A DNA stretch of 53,315 nucleotides. It comes from a virus. Lineage: Duplodnaviria; Caudoviricetes. Each line of letters begins with the position of its first letter. Position 1 is the stretch's first letter. The stretch is from positions 1 to 53,315 of IMG/VR virus record IMGVR_UViG_3300023278_000762. The stretch is one strand, 5' to 3'. Positions 8,501 to 18,428 of the stretch are shown here, piece after piece. The notes under the pieces were generated by a model. It was not told the origin of the DNA. It saw nothing but the letters and a program-made list of their open reading frames with translations, and did no database searches. Position numbers and translations under genes: made by a program.

Positions 8501-10713
8501 TGTATGAGCAGTCACTATGTAATATCATAGAGCCTATTAAACGTACAACTATATCTAGGTTAAACAAAGGCAAGAAGTGGGAATACGGTTACAACAAAGA
8601 ACACGACGTTGTTGTTATTAGTAAATCAGGAAAGATTGGTGAAATATACCAAATACAAAATCTTAAGATAGCACTACCATTAGCTCCCAAGAACATAGAT
8701 AAGAAAAACGATAAATGGACCCCTGAGGAATATCCTAAAGAATTGAAAAGTATTAAAAGCATTTTTGATTGGAGGGATTACCCTGACGGGTTTAAAAACA
8801 AATGGGGAGAATATATAGATGAGCAATTTAAAAGAAGAGAAGAAGGGCACTGGTTTAATAACAAAGACGTTGATACTTATATCACTGGTACTCATTTTAT
8901 GTACTTGCAGTGGTCCAAAATTGATGTTGGGAAGCCAGACTTTAGGGAATCAAATAGATTATTCTATATATTCTGGGAAGCTTGCAAAGCAGACAAGAGA
9001 TGTTACGGTATGTCATATCTCAAGAATAGACGTAGCGGCTTTTCATTCATGGCGTCTGGGGAGACGGTTAATATGGCCACAATATCAAGCGATGCACGTT
9101 TCGGGATATTGTCCAAATCTGGCGCCGATGCAAAGAAAATGTTCACAGATAAGGTTGTACCCATTTCTGTTAACTTCCCCTTTTTTTTCAAGCCCATCCA
9201 GGATGGAATGGACAGGCCCAAAACCGAGCTGGCTTATAGAGTACCAGCGTCGAAACTTACAAGGCGTAGACTCGATTCGAATACGAAGACGGAGACGCTT
9301 GCCGGTCTTGATACCACGATCGACTGGAAGAACACGGGTGATAACGCCTATGATGGAGAAAAACTTAAACTCCTCGTCCACGACGAAAGCGGTAAATGGG
9401 AAAGGCCGAACAATATCCTCAACAATTGGAGGGTTACGAAAACGACATTAAGATTAGGTTCAAGAATTATTGGAAAGTGTATGATGGGATCAACATCAAA
9501 TGCACTTGACAAAGGAGGAGAAAACTTTAAGAAACTATACAACAGTTCAGACGTTACTAAAAGAAACGCAAACGGACAAACGAGATCAGGCTTATATTCT
9601 TTATTCATTCCCATGGAGTGGAATTACGAAGGATTTATTGATGCACATGGAATGCCAGTGTTTAATAAGCCACCAGAAGGCACCACGGGTCCACACGGAG
9701 AAGATATAGAAGTCGGAGTCATTGAGCATTGGAATAATGAGGTTGAAGGATTAAAAGGCGATCAGGATGCTTTAAATGAGTTCTACAGACAATTTCCAAG
9801 AACAGAGGAACATGCTTTCCGTGATGAAACAAAAAATAGTATATTTAACTTAGCAAAAATATACGAACAAATAGATTACAATGAAGACTTAGCTAATAGC
9901 AATGTTGTTACAAGAGGAAGTTTTCAGTGGCAAAATGGCGTAAAAGACACAAAAGTTGTTTTTATGCCAAATCAGCAGGGTAGATTTCTAATTACTTGGA
10001 CACCTTCTATTGATATTCAGAATAAACAAGTAATAAAGAATGGGGTAAGGCATCCTGGTAATGAGCATATGGGCGCTTTTGGATGCGACAGTTACGACAT
10101 ATCAGGTACGGTTGATGGTAGAGGTTCTAAAGGAGCTTTGCACGGCTTAACAAAATTTAGTATGGGTGATGCACCTCCAAGTGCTTTCTTTTTAGAATAT
10201 GTAGCAAGACCGCAAACAGCGGAAATGTTTTTTGAGGATGTTTTAATGGCGTGTGTATTTTACGGTATGCCGATATTAGCGGAAAACAATAAACCTAGAT
10301 TGCTGTATTACTTTAAAAGAAGAGGTTATAGAGGATACTCAATGAACAGGCCGGATAAATTTTGGACTAAACTATCTGTAACAGAAAAAGAAATTGGTGG
10401 AATACCAAATTCAAGTGAAGATATAAAGCAAGCGCACGCAGCTGCTATTGAAATGTATATTGAAAGTCACGTAGGGTTAAACAGTGAAACTGGTGATTAC
10501 GGGAGCATGTACTTTAACGAGACATTAAATGATTGGTCAAAGTTTGACATAAACAATAGAACAAAGTTTGACGCTGCTATTAGTTCAGGGTTAGCTATTA
10601 TGGCTTGTCACAAAGAGCTTTACAGGCCAAGTAACAAAATGCAAAGAGAACCAGTGAAATTAAGTTTCGCTAGATATACTCACGACGGTAATACATCAAA
10701 AATAATAAAATAA
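8500..10713 (+). CDS. terL: Terminase large subunit
   Basis: Deviant Walker A KNRRSGFS, Walker B LLVHDESGK, coupling motif GST, nuclease acidic motifs GCDSYD and FDAAIS; precedes the portal gene. Confidence 0.9.
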   Translation: MYEQSLCNIIEPIKRTTISRLNKGKKWEYGYNKEHDVVVISKSGKIGEIYQIQNLKIALPLAPKNIDKKNDKWTPEEYPKELKSIKSIFDWRDYPDGFKNKWGEYIDEQFKRREEGHWFNNKDVDTYITGTHFMYLQWSKIDVGKPDFRESNRLFYIFWEACKADKRCYGMSYLKNRRSGFSFMASGETVNMATISSDARFGILSKSGADAKKMFTDKVVPISVNFPFFFKPIQDGMDRPKTELAYRVPASKLTRRRLDSNTKTETLAGLDTTIDWKNTGDNAYDGEKLKLLVHDESGKWERPNNILNNWRVTKTTLRLGSRIIGKCMMGSTSNALDKGGENFKKLYNSSDVTKRNANGQTRSGLYSLFIPMEWNYEGFIDAHGMPVFNKPPEGTTGPHGEDIEVGVIEHWNNEVEGLKGDQDALNEFYRQFPRTEEHAFRDETKNSIFNLAKIYEQIDYNEDLANSNVVTRGSFQWQNGVKDTKVVFMPNQQGRFLITWTPSIDIQNKQVIKNGVRHPGNEHMGAFGCDSYDISGTVDGRGSKGALHGLTKFSMGDAPPSAFFLEYVARPQTAEMFFEDVLMACVFYGMPILAENNKPRLLYYFKRRGYRGYSMNRPDKFWTKLSVTEKEIGGIPNSSEDIKQAHAAAIEMYIESHVGLNSETGDYGSMYFNETLNDWSKFDINNRTKFDAAISSGLAIMACHKELYRPSNKMQREPVKLSFARYTHDGNTSKIIK

Positions 10714-10717
10714 AAAT

Positions 10718-13147
10718 ATGGCGCAAAACGCAGTAAATAGTTTTTTTCCTAGCCAAGTGGTACCTGACCAAGAGAAAATGTCAGAAGCTTACGGTCTCAA
10801 AGTAGGTAGAGCTATTCAAAACGAATGGTGGTCTAGCAATTCTGGAACATCACGCTACAAAAGTAATCAAACTACTTTTCATAATTTGAGGCTATATGCT
10901 AGAGGCGAACAGTCTGTGCAAAAATATAAAGACGAACTTTCTATAAACGGAGATTTATCATATTTAAACCTTGACTGGAAACCTGTACCTATTTTATCTA
11001 AGTTTGTTGATATCGTAGTAAATGGTATTGCGGATAGATCATTTGATATATCAGCTTATTCTCAAGATCCTTATGGTATCAGTAAGAGAACAGCTTATAT
11101 GGAATCTATTATACGTGATTTACAAACAGCTGAACTAAACAATTTTGCTAAAGAACAATTTGGTATAAACTTATTTGAAAACAATCCAGATAAATTACCT
11201 GACTCTGAAGAAGAGCTAGATATACACATGCAGTTAAGCTATAAGCAAGGTATCGAGATTGCTGAAGAGGAAGCTCTCAATACTATGTTTGAAGAAAACA
11301 GGTATGACTTAACTAAAAAAAGAACCTACTACGATTTGACCACCCTAGGGATTGGAGCTGTTAAAAACAACTTTACAGAATCTTCGGGAGTGACAGTGGA
11401 ATACGTAGATCCTGCTTATCTGGTTTACTCCTATACGGAAGATCCATATTTTCAGGATATTTATTATGCAGGAGAAGTAAAGTTTGTTCCAGTGAACGAG
11501 CTTAAAAAACAATTTCCAAACTTATCGGAAGATGAGCTAAAGAAAATTCAATCGCAAGGATCACAAAGTTATGGTTCTTTTGATAACAATTTATCAAACA
11601 ATAGAGACAATAGGGATTCAAACGTTATACAGGTTTTGTATTTTAACTACAAGACTTATATGAATGAGGTTTACAAGGTTAAAGAAACCGCTACAGGAGC
11701 TAGCAAAATAATTGTTAGAGACGATCAATTTGATCCACCTGTTGAAATGCTTGAGGAGGTGTTCGGTAAGATGTCAAGATCTTTAGAGGTTTTATATGAA
11801 GGTGTTTTAGTTTTAGGTACAGATATACTACTTAAATGGGAAATGGCTAAAAACATGATGCGCCCAAAAAGCGATGCATCAAAAGTTAAAATGAATTACG
11901 CTATAACTGCACCAAGAATGTATCAAGGTAAAATTGATTCATTAGTTAGTAAGTGTACTGGTTTTGCTGATATGGTTCAATTAACTCATTTAAAACTACA
12001 GCAAGTTTTACAAAGAATGATACCTGATGGTGTTTATTTAGATGCAGATGGAATTAATGAAGTTGATTTAGGTAATGGTACGAACTATAATCCGCAAGAA
12101 GCACTTAACATGTTCTTCCAAACGGGCTCTATAATAGGTAGATCATTTACTCAGGATGGCGATATGAATCCTGGTAAAGTACCTATTCAAGAGGTACCAA
12201 CAGGTAGTGGTGGACAAAAATTACAAACACTTATATCTACATACAACTATTATCTACAAATGATAAGAGATGTAACAGGATTAAACGAAGCAAGAGACGG
12301 ATCAACACCTGATTCAAGAGCTTTAGTTGGCGTTCAGAAAATGGCTGCAGCGAATTCAAATACAGCTACAAGACATATATTAGATTCAGGTTTATACTTA
12401 ACAAGAGAAACCGCAGAATGTTTATCATTGAGAATATCTGATATAATAGAATTTCACCCAGCTAAGCAAAGTTTTATTCAAAAAATAGGTGGCTTTAATG
12501 TTGCTGTATTGGAGGAACTATCAGATTTACACTTGCATGACTTCGGTATATCTTTAAAATTACAACCTGATGACGAACAAAAAGCTGTTTTGGAAAACAA
12601 TCTACAAGTCGCTTTAAGTGGAGGGTTGATTGATTTGTCTGACGCAATAGATATACGAGAGGTTACAAACTTAAAACTTGCTAATCAACTTTTAAAAGTT
12701 AAGCAAAAGAAACGTCAAGAACGCCTGCAAGCAGAAAAACAAGCGAATATACAAGCTCAAGCTCAAGCAAATGCGCAAGCTCAACAAGTAGCTGCTCAAG
12801 CTGAAATACAAAAAGATCAAGCTTTATTTTCTACTAAGTCGCAGTTAGAGCAATTAAAAGGGCAAATAGAGAATCAAAGAATAGCGGTAGAGGTGCAAGC
12901 TAAAAAAGAATTAATGGAAATAGAGTTTCAGTACAACATGAAGCTTAAAGGTATTGAAGTTGATAACGCTAAGCAAAAAGAAAAAGAGTTAGAGGATCGA
13001 AAGGACCAAAGAACTAAAATGCAAGGAACACAACAAAGCGAGATGATTGAGCAAAGAAAAAATGGCTCACCCGCTAAAAACTTCGAATCGTCTGGAAATG
13101 ACGTTATGGGAGGAGGATTTAACTTAGGTGGGTTTGAACCTAGGTAA
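10718..13147 (+). CDS. Portal protein
   Basis: 809 aa after terL; TGLNEARDG segment and C-terminal Q/A-rich coiled barrel. Confidence 0.85.
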   Translation: MAQNAVNSFFPSQVVPDQEKMSEAYGLKVGRAIQNEWWSSNSGTSRYKSNQTTFHNLRLYARGEQSVQKYKDELSINGDLSYLNLDWKPVPILSKFVDIVVNGIADRSFDISAYSQDPYGISKRTAYMESIIRDLQTAELNNFAKEQFGINLFENNPDKLPDSEEELDIHMQLSYKQGIEIAEEEALNTMFEENRYDLTKKRTYYDLTTLGIGAVKNNFTESSGVTVEYVDPAYLVYSYTEDPYFQDIYYAGEVKFVPVNELKKQFPNLSEDELKKIQSQGSQSYGSFDNNLSNNRDNRDSNVIQVLYFNYKTYMNEVYKVKETATGASKIIVRDDQFDPPVEMLEEVFGKMSRSLEVLYEGVLVLGTDILLKWEMAKNMMRPKSDASKVKMNYAITAPRMYQGKIDSLVSKCTGFADMVQLTHLKLQQVLQRMIPDGVYLDADGINEVDLGNGTNYNPQEALNMFFQTGSIIGRSFTQDGDMNPGKVPIQEVPTGSGGQKLQTLISTYNYYLQMIRDVTGLNEARDGSTPDSRALVGVQKMAAANSNTATRHILDSGLYLTRETAECLSLRISDIIEFHPAKQSFIQKIGGFNVAVLEELSDLHLHDFGISLKLQPDDEQKAVLENNLQVALSGGLIDLSDAIDIREVTNLKLANQLLKVKQKKRQERLQAEKQANIQAQAQANAQAQQVAAQAEIQKDQALFSTKSQLEQLKGQIENQRIAVEVQAKKELMEIEFQYNMKLKGIEVDNAKQKEKELEDRKDQRTKMQGTQQSEMIEQRKNGSPAKNFESSGNDVMGGGFNLGGFEPR

Positions 13148-13183
13148 TAATAAGAAGTAATACTAATTTTATAATATTTTATC

Positions 13184-14347
13184 ATGTCAGAAATCACAGA
13201 AGATGTGCCTGTAGAAAACACAGCGGAAGCTAATTCAGGTGTATCGTTATCAGAAGAAGGAAATATCAAGCTAGATATGTCTGTTATTAACCAACCCACA
13301 CCAGAGCAAGAGCATGAAGCGGTGGTGGAAATTGAACAAACAACACCCGAACCTGTAAAAAACATTACAGAAGAAGTAATTGAAAATGTAGAAGAGCTTG
13401 TAAATGAGTCTTTTATAGAAGAAATTACAGAAGAGGAAGTTGTAGAACAAGTTGAGGAACTTGAAGAGCAAATAGAGCAAGCGGTTGTAGATCAATCCGA
13501 AGGCGTTGTGCTTCCTGAAAATATCCAAAAAGTAGTGGATTTCATGGAAGAAACAAATGGGACGTTAGAAGACTATGTAATGCTTAACCAAGATTACAGT
13601 AAGTTAAATGAAACTCAATTGCTAAAAGAATATTACGAACGTACAAAACCTCATTTAGACAAAGAGGATATTGAATTCTTAATGGAAGACAATTTTTCTT
13701 ACGACGAAGATATTGATGATGACCGAGATATTCGTAGAAAAAAACTGGCTCACAGAGAAGAGTTGGCTAAAGCAAAATCACATTTAGACGGAATGAAGTC
13801 TAAATATTATGAAAAAATAAAAGGGGGTTCAAAATTAGCTCCCGAACAAAAGAAAGCGGTAGATTTTTTCAATCGCTATACAAAAGAAAACGAGGAAGCA
13901 ACTCAGGTAGCTAAAAGACAAGCAGATTTATTTAATAATAAAACAAACAATGTTTTTAATGAAGACTTTAAAGGTTTTGATTATAAAGTTGGGGAGAAAA
14001 AATTCCGTTTTAAAGTTAAAGATTCTGTATCTGTTAAGGAAACTCAAAGCGACATTAATAATTTCATTAAGAAGTTCTTAAATGATAAAAACGAAATGTC
14101 AGATGCTAGGGGTTACCACAAAGGATTGTTTACAGCTATGAATTCAGACGCTATCGCAGAGCATTTCTACGAACAAGGAAAAGCAGACGCAATGAAAGCT
14201 AGCATTTCGAAATCTAAAAACATTAATATGGGTGCGAGAGGCGTTCACGAAGATGTTAAGATACCGGGAGGTTGGCAAGTTAGGTCAGTCGATTCGGGAG
14301 GAGCAGATTCAAAATTAAGAATAAAAAGTTTTAAAAACATTAAATAA
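13184..14347 (+). CDS. Putative capsid scaffolding protein
   Basis: Very acidic N-terminal half; between portal and capsid genes. Confidence 0.65.
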   Translation: MSEITEDVPVENTAEANSGVSLSEEGNIKLDMSVINQPTPEQEHEAVVEIEQTTPEPVKNITEEVIENVEELVNESFIEEITEEEVVEQVEELEEQIEQAVVDQSEGVVLPENIQKVVDFMEETNGTLEDYVMLNQDYSKLNETQLLKEYYERTKPHLDKEDIEFLMEDNFSYDEDIDDDRDIRRKKLAHREELAKAKSHLDGMKSKYYEKIKGGSKLAPEQKKAVDFFNRYTKENEEATQVAKRQADLFNNKTNNVFNEDFKGFDYKVGEKKFRFKVKDSVSVKETQSDINNFIKKFLNDKNEMSDARGYHKGLFTAMNSDAIAEHFYEQGKADAMKASISKSKNINMGARGVHEDVKIPGGWQVRSVDSGGADSKLRIKSFKNIK

Positions 14348-14355
14348 CAAAAATT

Positions 14356-15801
14356 ATGGCATTTGCAACCGCGCCCGCAACATTAGCGAATTTGGCACAC
14401 TTAACACCGAGACCTATTAAAGGTTTATTCGGAGACAATTACCTATCTGTAGCAGATATGGATTTCACACAACAATTTTTACCAGAAGTATACGAAAAAG
14501 AAATTGAGCGTTATGGAAACAGAACAATCACTGGATTTTTACGTATGGTTGGTGCAGAGATGCCAATGGCTTCTGATCAAGTAGTTTGGTCTGAACAAGG
14601 AAGATTACATATTGCGTATGACAACTTGACGACTCAAGCAGTAGCTCTTAAAACAATATCTTTACCAGATGCAGCTACGGCTCCTGATGGAAAAGCTCCT
14701 TTATTAGGTGCTGGAATGACTGTAGTTATTTCTAAAGGTAATGTAACTAATAAAGCTTTTATAAAAGGTATATCATCTACTGTAATTGCTAATAGTGTTG
14801 TTTACGATATTGAAGTTTATGATACTTCTAATGGTCAATTAGACGCAGCTCTTGGAGGAGAAACTGCTGTAAACATATTCGTATTTGGATCTGAATATGC
14901 AAAAGGTTCTTCTTTAGCAGGGAACTCTATCGATGCTTCTTTTACTACATTCAGTAACAAACCAATTATCTTGAGAGATAAGTATAGTGTTAATGGATCT
15001 GATGTAGCACAAATCGGATGGGTTGAAGTAACAACTGAAGTTGGGACTGGAGGATACTTGTGGTATTTGAAATCAGAGCATGAATCAAGAATCCGTTTTG
15101 AAGACTACTTAGAAATGAGTATGGTTGAATCTACTTCTGCACAAAGCGCTTTTACAAACGCAGCCAATGCTCCTATTACAGGAACACAAGGTTTATTTGC
15201 AGCTTTAGAAGAAAGAGGATTAGTTTATAATGATCCTGATTTCGGAGCAGCATCTGGAGCTGGTTTAGCTGAATTTGATTCTATCTTAGCCGAATTAGAC
15301 AAGCAAGGTGCAATTGAAGAAAACATGATGTTCTTAGACAGAAATACGTCTTTAGATATTGACAACATGTTAGCTGCGCAGAATTCTTATGGAGCTGGAG
15401 GTACATCTTACGGTGTATTTGAAAATTCAGAAGAAATGGCTTTAAACTTAGGTTTCTCAGGATTCAGAAGAGGTTCTTATGACTTCTACAAGACTGACTG
15501 GAAATACTTAAATGATTCTACAACTCGTGGATTAATTAATGATATCAAAGGAGTAATTGTTCCTGCTGGAACTTCTACTGTTTATGACCAACAATTAGGA
15601 CAAAACATTTCAAGACCATTCTTACATATCCGTTATAGAGCTTCAGAAGCTGATGACAGACGTTTGAAATCTTGGGTTACTGGTTCTGTTGGAGGTAATT
15701 ACACTAGTGATGCGGATGAAATGAATGTTCACTTCTTATCAGAAAGAACACTTTGTACTCAAGCTGCAAACAACTTTGTATTATTGAAAGCTACAGTATA
15801 G
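14356..15801 (+). CDS. Major capsid protein
   Basis: 481 aa after the scaffold gene; codon usage suggests high expression; followed by a strong stem-loop. Confidence 0.85.
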   Translation: MAFATAPATLANLAHLTPRPIKGLFGDNYLSVADMDFTQQFLPEVYEKEIERYGNRTITGFLRMVGAEMPMASDQVVWSEQGRLHIAYDNLTTQAVALKTISLPDAATAPDGKAPLLGAGMTVVISKGNVTNKAFIKGISSTVIANSVVYDIEVYDTSNGQLDAALGGETAVNIFVFGSEYAKGSSLAGNSIDASFTTFSNKPIILRDKYSVNGSDVAQIGWVEVTTEVGTGGYLWYLKSEHESRIRFEDYLEMSMVESTSAQSAFTNAANAPITGTQGLFAALEERGLVYNDPDFGAASGAGLAEFDSILAELDKQGAIEENMMFLDRNTSLDIDNMLAAQNSYGAGGTSYGVFENSEEMALNLGFSGFRRGSYDFYKTDWKYLNDSTTRGLINDIKGVIVPAGTSTVYDQQLGQNISRPFLHIRYRASEADDRRLKSWVTGSVGGNYTSDADEMNVHFLSERTLCTQAANNFVLLKATV

Positions 15802-15816
15802 TAGTATTAAATTAAA

Positions 15817-15859
15817 GGTAACACTTACCCTCGTTTATATCACGGGGGTAATGTTTACC
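15817..15859 (+). terminator. Long stem-loop after the capsid gene (terminator, processing or stability element)
   Basis: TTACCCTCGT/ACGGGGGTAA core (one G.U) extended by GGTAA/TTACC; no clear U-tract. Confidence 0.6.
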
Positions 15860-15866
15860 CTTATAC

Positions 15867-15908
15867 GACAATAGCTTATATATATTAATAGTAGTAGGCT
15901 ACTGTCAC
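15867..15908 (+). repeat. 42-bp dyad element, copy 1
   Basis: GACAATAGCTTATATATATTAATAGTAGTAGGCTACTGTCAC; 35/42 identical to the reverse complement of 48225-48266. Confidence 0.8.
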
Positions 15909-15939
15909 ATTATTAATAATTTTTATATCATATTATATC

Positions 15940-16758
15940 ATGGCAGCTAAAAAAGCACCAGCAAAAAGCATTGAGGTTGCACCTCAGCAAGTACAAGCAA
16001 AAACATCTGAACCTGTAAAAGATCAATGGGTTTTTAAAGAAAGGCTTTACGAATTAAAAAGGATTAAACCGGTAATTTTTACATTACCAACTTCTCACAG
16101 TAACAGAAAAACTTTATTATATTTTGATGAAGAACTAGGTTACCAAAGAGAAATAAGATATGCGACCAACCAAAGATCTTGTTTTGTAGACGAACAAGTC
16201 GGACAGGCGGTTATGGGAAGGATAGTTTTTAGAAACGGGGTATTAAGAGTACCTAAAGAAAACGTTACATTACAAAAGCTATTATCAATATACCATCCAG
16301 CTTTAAAGTCTGGTATATACGAAGAGTACAAGCCACAAGAACAAGCAAGCAATGAAGTAGATTGGATTGAATTTGAACTAGCTGCTTTAAACACGGCTAA
16401 AAACTTATCAATTGAAGAAGCTGAAGCAATTCTTAGAGTGGAAATTGGATCTAAAGTAAATGATTTGTCATCATCGGAACTAAAAAGAGATGTACTTATA
16501 TTTGCTAAAAGAAATCCAAACCTATTTTTACAGCTAGCAAATGATGAAGATACGCAGTTGAGAAGCTTCGGAACCAAAGCAGTAGAAGAAGGAATATTAG
16601 CATTATCACAAGATCAAAGAACTTTTACTTATGGTAAAGGGGGAAGAAAAGTAATGACCGTACCTTTTGATGAACACCCTTATTCAGCGTTATCATCATT
16701 CTTTAAAACAGATGAAGGAATGGAAATTTACAAAGCAATAGAAAAGCGACTTAAATAG
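15940..16758 (+). CDS. Hypothetical protein downstream of the capsid gene
   Basis: 272-aa ORF in the head module. Confidence 0.75.
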   Translation: MAAKKAPAKSIEVAPQQVQAKTSEPVKDQWVFKERLYELKRIKPVIFTLPTSHSNRKTLLYFDEELGYQREIRYATNQRSCFVDEQVGQAVMGRIVFRNGVLRVPKENVTLQKLLSIYHPALKSGIYEEYKPQEQASNEVDWIEFELAALNTAKNLSIEEAEAILRVEIGSKVNDLSSSELKRDVLIFAKRNPNLFLQLANDEDTQLRSFGTKAVEEGILALSQDQRTFTYGKGGRKVMTVPFDEHPYSALSSFFKTDEGMEIYKAIEKRLK

Positions 16759-16772
16759 TCACCTTTATGGTA

Positions 16773-16796
16773 ATAGGCTACCGAGAGGTGGCCTAT
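16773..16796 (+). terminator. GNRA-capped stem-loop
   Basis: ATAGGCTACC-GAGA-GGTGGCCTAT, 10 bp with one G.U; followed by an A-tract. Confidence 0.6.
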
Positions 16797-16821
16797 AACT
16801 ATATAAAAAAAATAATAAATT

Positions 16822-17511
16822 ATGGCTGTAAGTATTGATACTGTTTATCAAAGAGTGTTAGCAATATTAAACAAAGAACAAAGAGGGTACGTTACTCCTC
16901 AAGAATTTAATTTGTTTGCTAACCAAGCGCAATTGGATATATTCGAGCAATATTTCTATGACATTAATCAATTTGGTAGACTACCTGGAAACGATACGGA
17001 GTTTTCAGACATGCTCAACATCCTTAATGAAAAAATTAATATCTTTGAAAAGAACGAAGATATGACTTTTACAAACCCTTACTGGACTACACCTGCCGAT
17101 ACTTATAGGCTTGGTACAATAGTCTTTAACGGAGTAACTGAGGTTGAAAGAATAAACTACAATGAGTTTTTATACATTAACCAATCACCTTATGCTAGGC
17201 CTAAAGATTCTAGACCTGTATTCGTAGCAAACGAGTCAGGATATAAAGTTTACGGAGATAACCCTATAGTAACTAATGTTTCGTGTAATTATATAAAAAC
17301 ACCAGCTAAAGTATCATGGGGCTACCAAATGGTATTTGGAGAAGCTTTATACAATTCAACTACATCAACAGATTTTGAATTGCATGAATCAGAAGAAACT
17401 GAACTTGTTATAAAAATACTTTCTTTTGCAGGTTTATCGGTACAAGACATAAATATGTATCAAGTAGCTAACCAAATCGAAGCACAAACTAATCAACAAG
17501 AAAAAGCATAA
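16822..17511 (+). CDS. Putative head-tail connector (ring) protein
   Basis: LAILNKEQRGYVTPQEFNLFANQAQ start resembles podovirus/crAss-like adaptor proteins; position. Confidence 0.6.
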   Translation: MAVSIDTVYQRVLAILNKEQRGYVTPQEFNLFANQAQLDIFEQYFYDINQFGRLPGNDTEFSDMLNILNEKINIFEKNEDMTFTNPYWTTPADTYRLGTIVFNGVTEVERINYNEFLYINQSPYARPKDSRPVFVANESGYKVYGDNPIVTNVSCNYIKTPAKVSWGYQMVFGEALYNSTTSTDFELHESEETELVIKILSFAGLSVQDINMYQVANQIEAQTNQQEKA

Positions 17512-17514
17512 CAC

Positions 17515-18423
17515 ATGGGATTGATAAATCAAACACCTGAACTATATTACTTAGGAGCAGATGACGTATGGAATAGTGGGGATGAAAACTACGGAGACTA
17601 CCAGTTCATTAGTATAAAAGATATAATAAACAACTTTATGGTTGCTTACGTAGGGCAAGACAAGCTTATAACAAAAGTTAAAAGAACAGATGTTGCTTAC
17701 TGGGCTCAAAGAGCAGTACAAGAATTTAGTTTCGATTTACTGCCGCAAACCAAGTCAATAGAGATAGAGGTTCCTCCTGGATTGTATATGGTTATGCCAC
17801 AAGACTTCGTGAGCTATATTAAGCTAGCCTGGTCAGACGAAAAAGGAATTGAAAGGATAATATATAGAACAGATAAAACAAGCAACCCAGAAGCTATATT
17901 ACAAGACTCTGATTTTGCATACACTTTTTCTGAAGCAGGTGAGTTATTGAAAGCTCAAAGCTCCGAAACTTTAAAAAGATTTAAAACCGAATCATCTGCT
18001 AATAGTGGTTATTGGGATATAAATAGTAATCCAGATTTAATGGCACTTTACGCTTATGGCGGCAGATACGGTATTTCGCCGCAAGAGGCTCAAGGAAATG
18101 GTGTTTTTTATTTAGATAATGAAGATGGAGTTATAAGATTCAGCTCAGATCTAAGAGGTAGAATCATTACTTTAATATATGTAAGTGATGGACTTGGTAC
18201 AGAGGAAGACATGAATGTACATAAATACGCTATGGACGCTGTTGAAAAGTACATAGCCTATTCTGTTTTATCTACAAGATCAAATGTTCAAGAGTACCTT
18301 GTAGCTAGATTTAAAAAGGAATCATCAGCTGCAAGAAGAAACGCAAAAATTAGATTGTCTAAGCTTAACTTGGAGCAACTAAGTCAAGTGTTCAGAAATC
18401 AAACCAAATGGATTAAACACTAA
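17515..18423 (+). CDS. Putative head-tail/tail ring structural protein
   Basis: Between the adaptor and the stabilisation protein. Confidence 0.55.
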   Translation: MGLINQTPELYYLGADDVWNSGDENYGDYQFISIKDIINNFMVAYVGQDKLITKVKRTDVAYWAQRAVQEFSFDLLPQTKSIEIEVPPGLYMVMPQDFVSYIKLAWSDEKGIERIIYRTDKTSNPEAILQDSDFAYTFSEAGELLKAQSSETLKRFKTESSANSGYWDINSNPDLMALYAYGGRYGISPQEAQGNGVFYLDNEDGVIRFSSDLRGRIITLIYVSDGLGTEEDMNVHKYAMDAVEKYIAYSVLSTRSNVQEYLVARFKKESSAARRNAKIRLSKLNLEQLSQVFRNQTKWIKH

Positions 18424-18428
18424 ATTAA

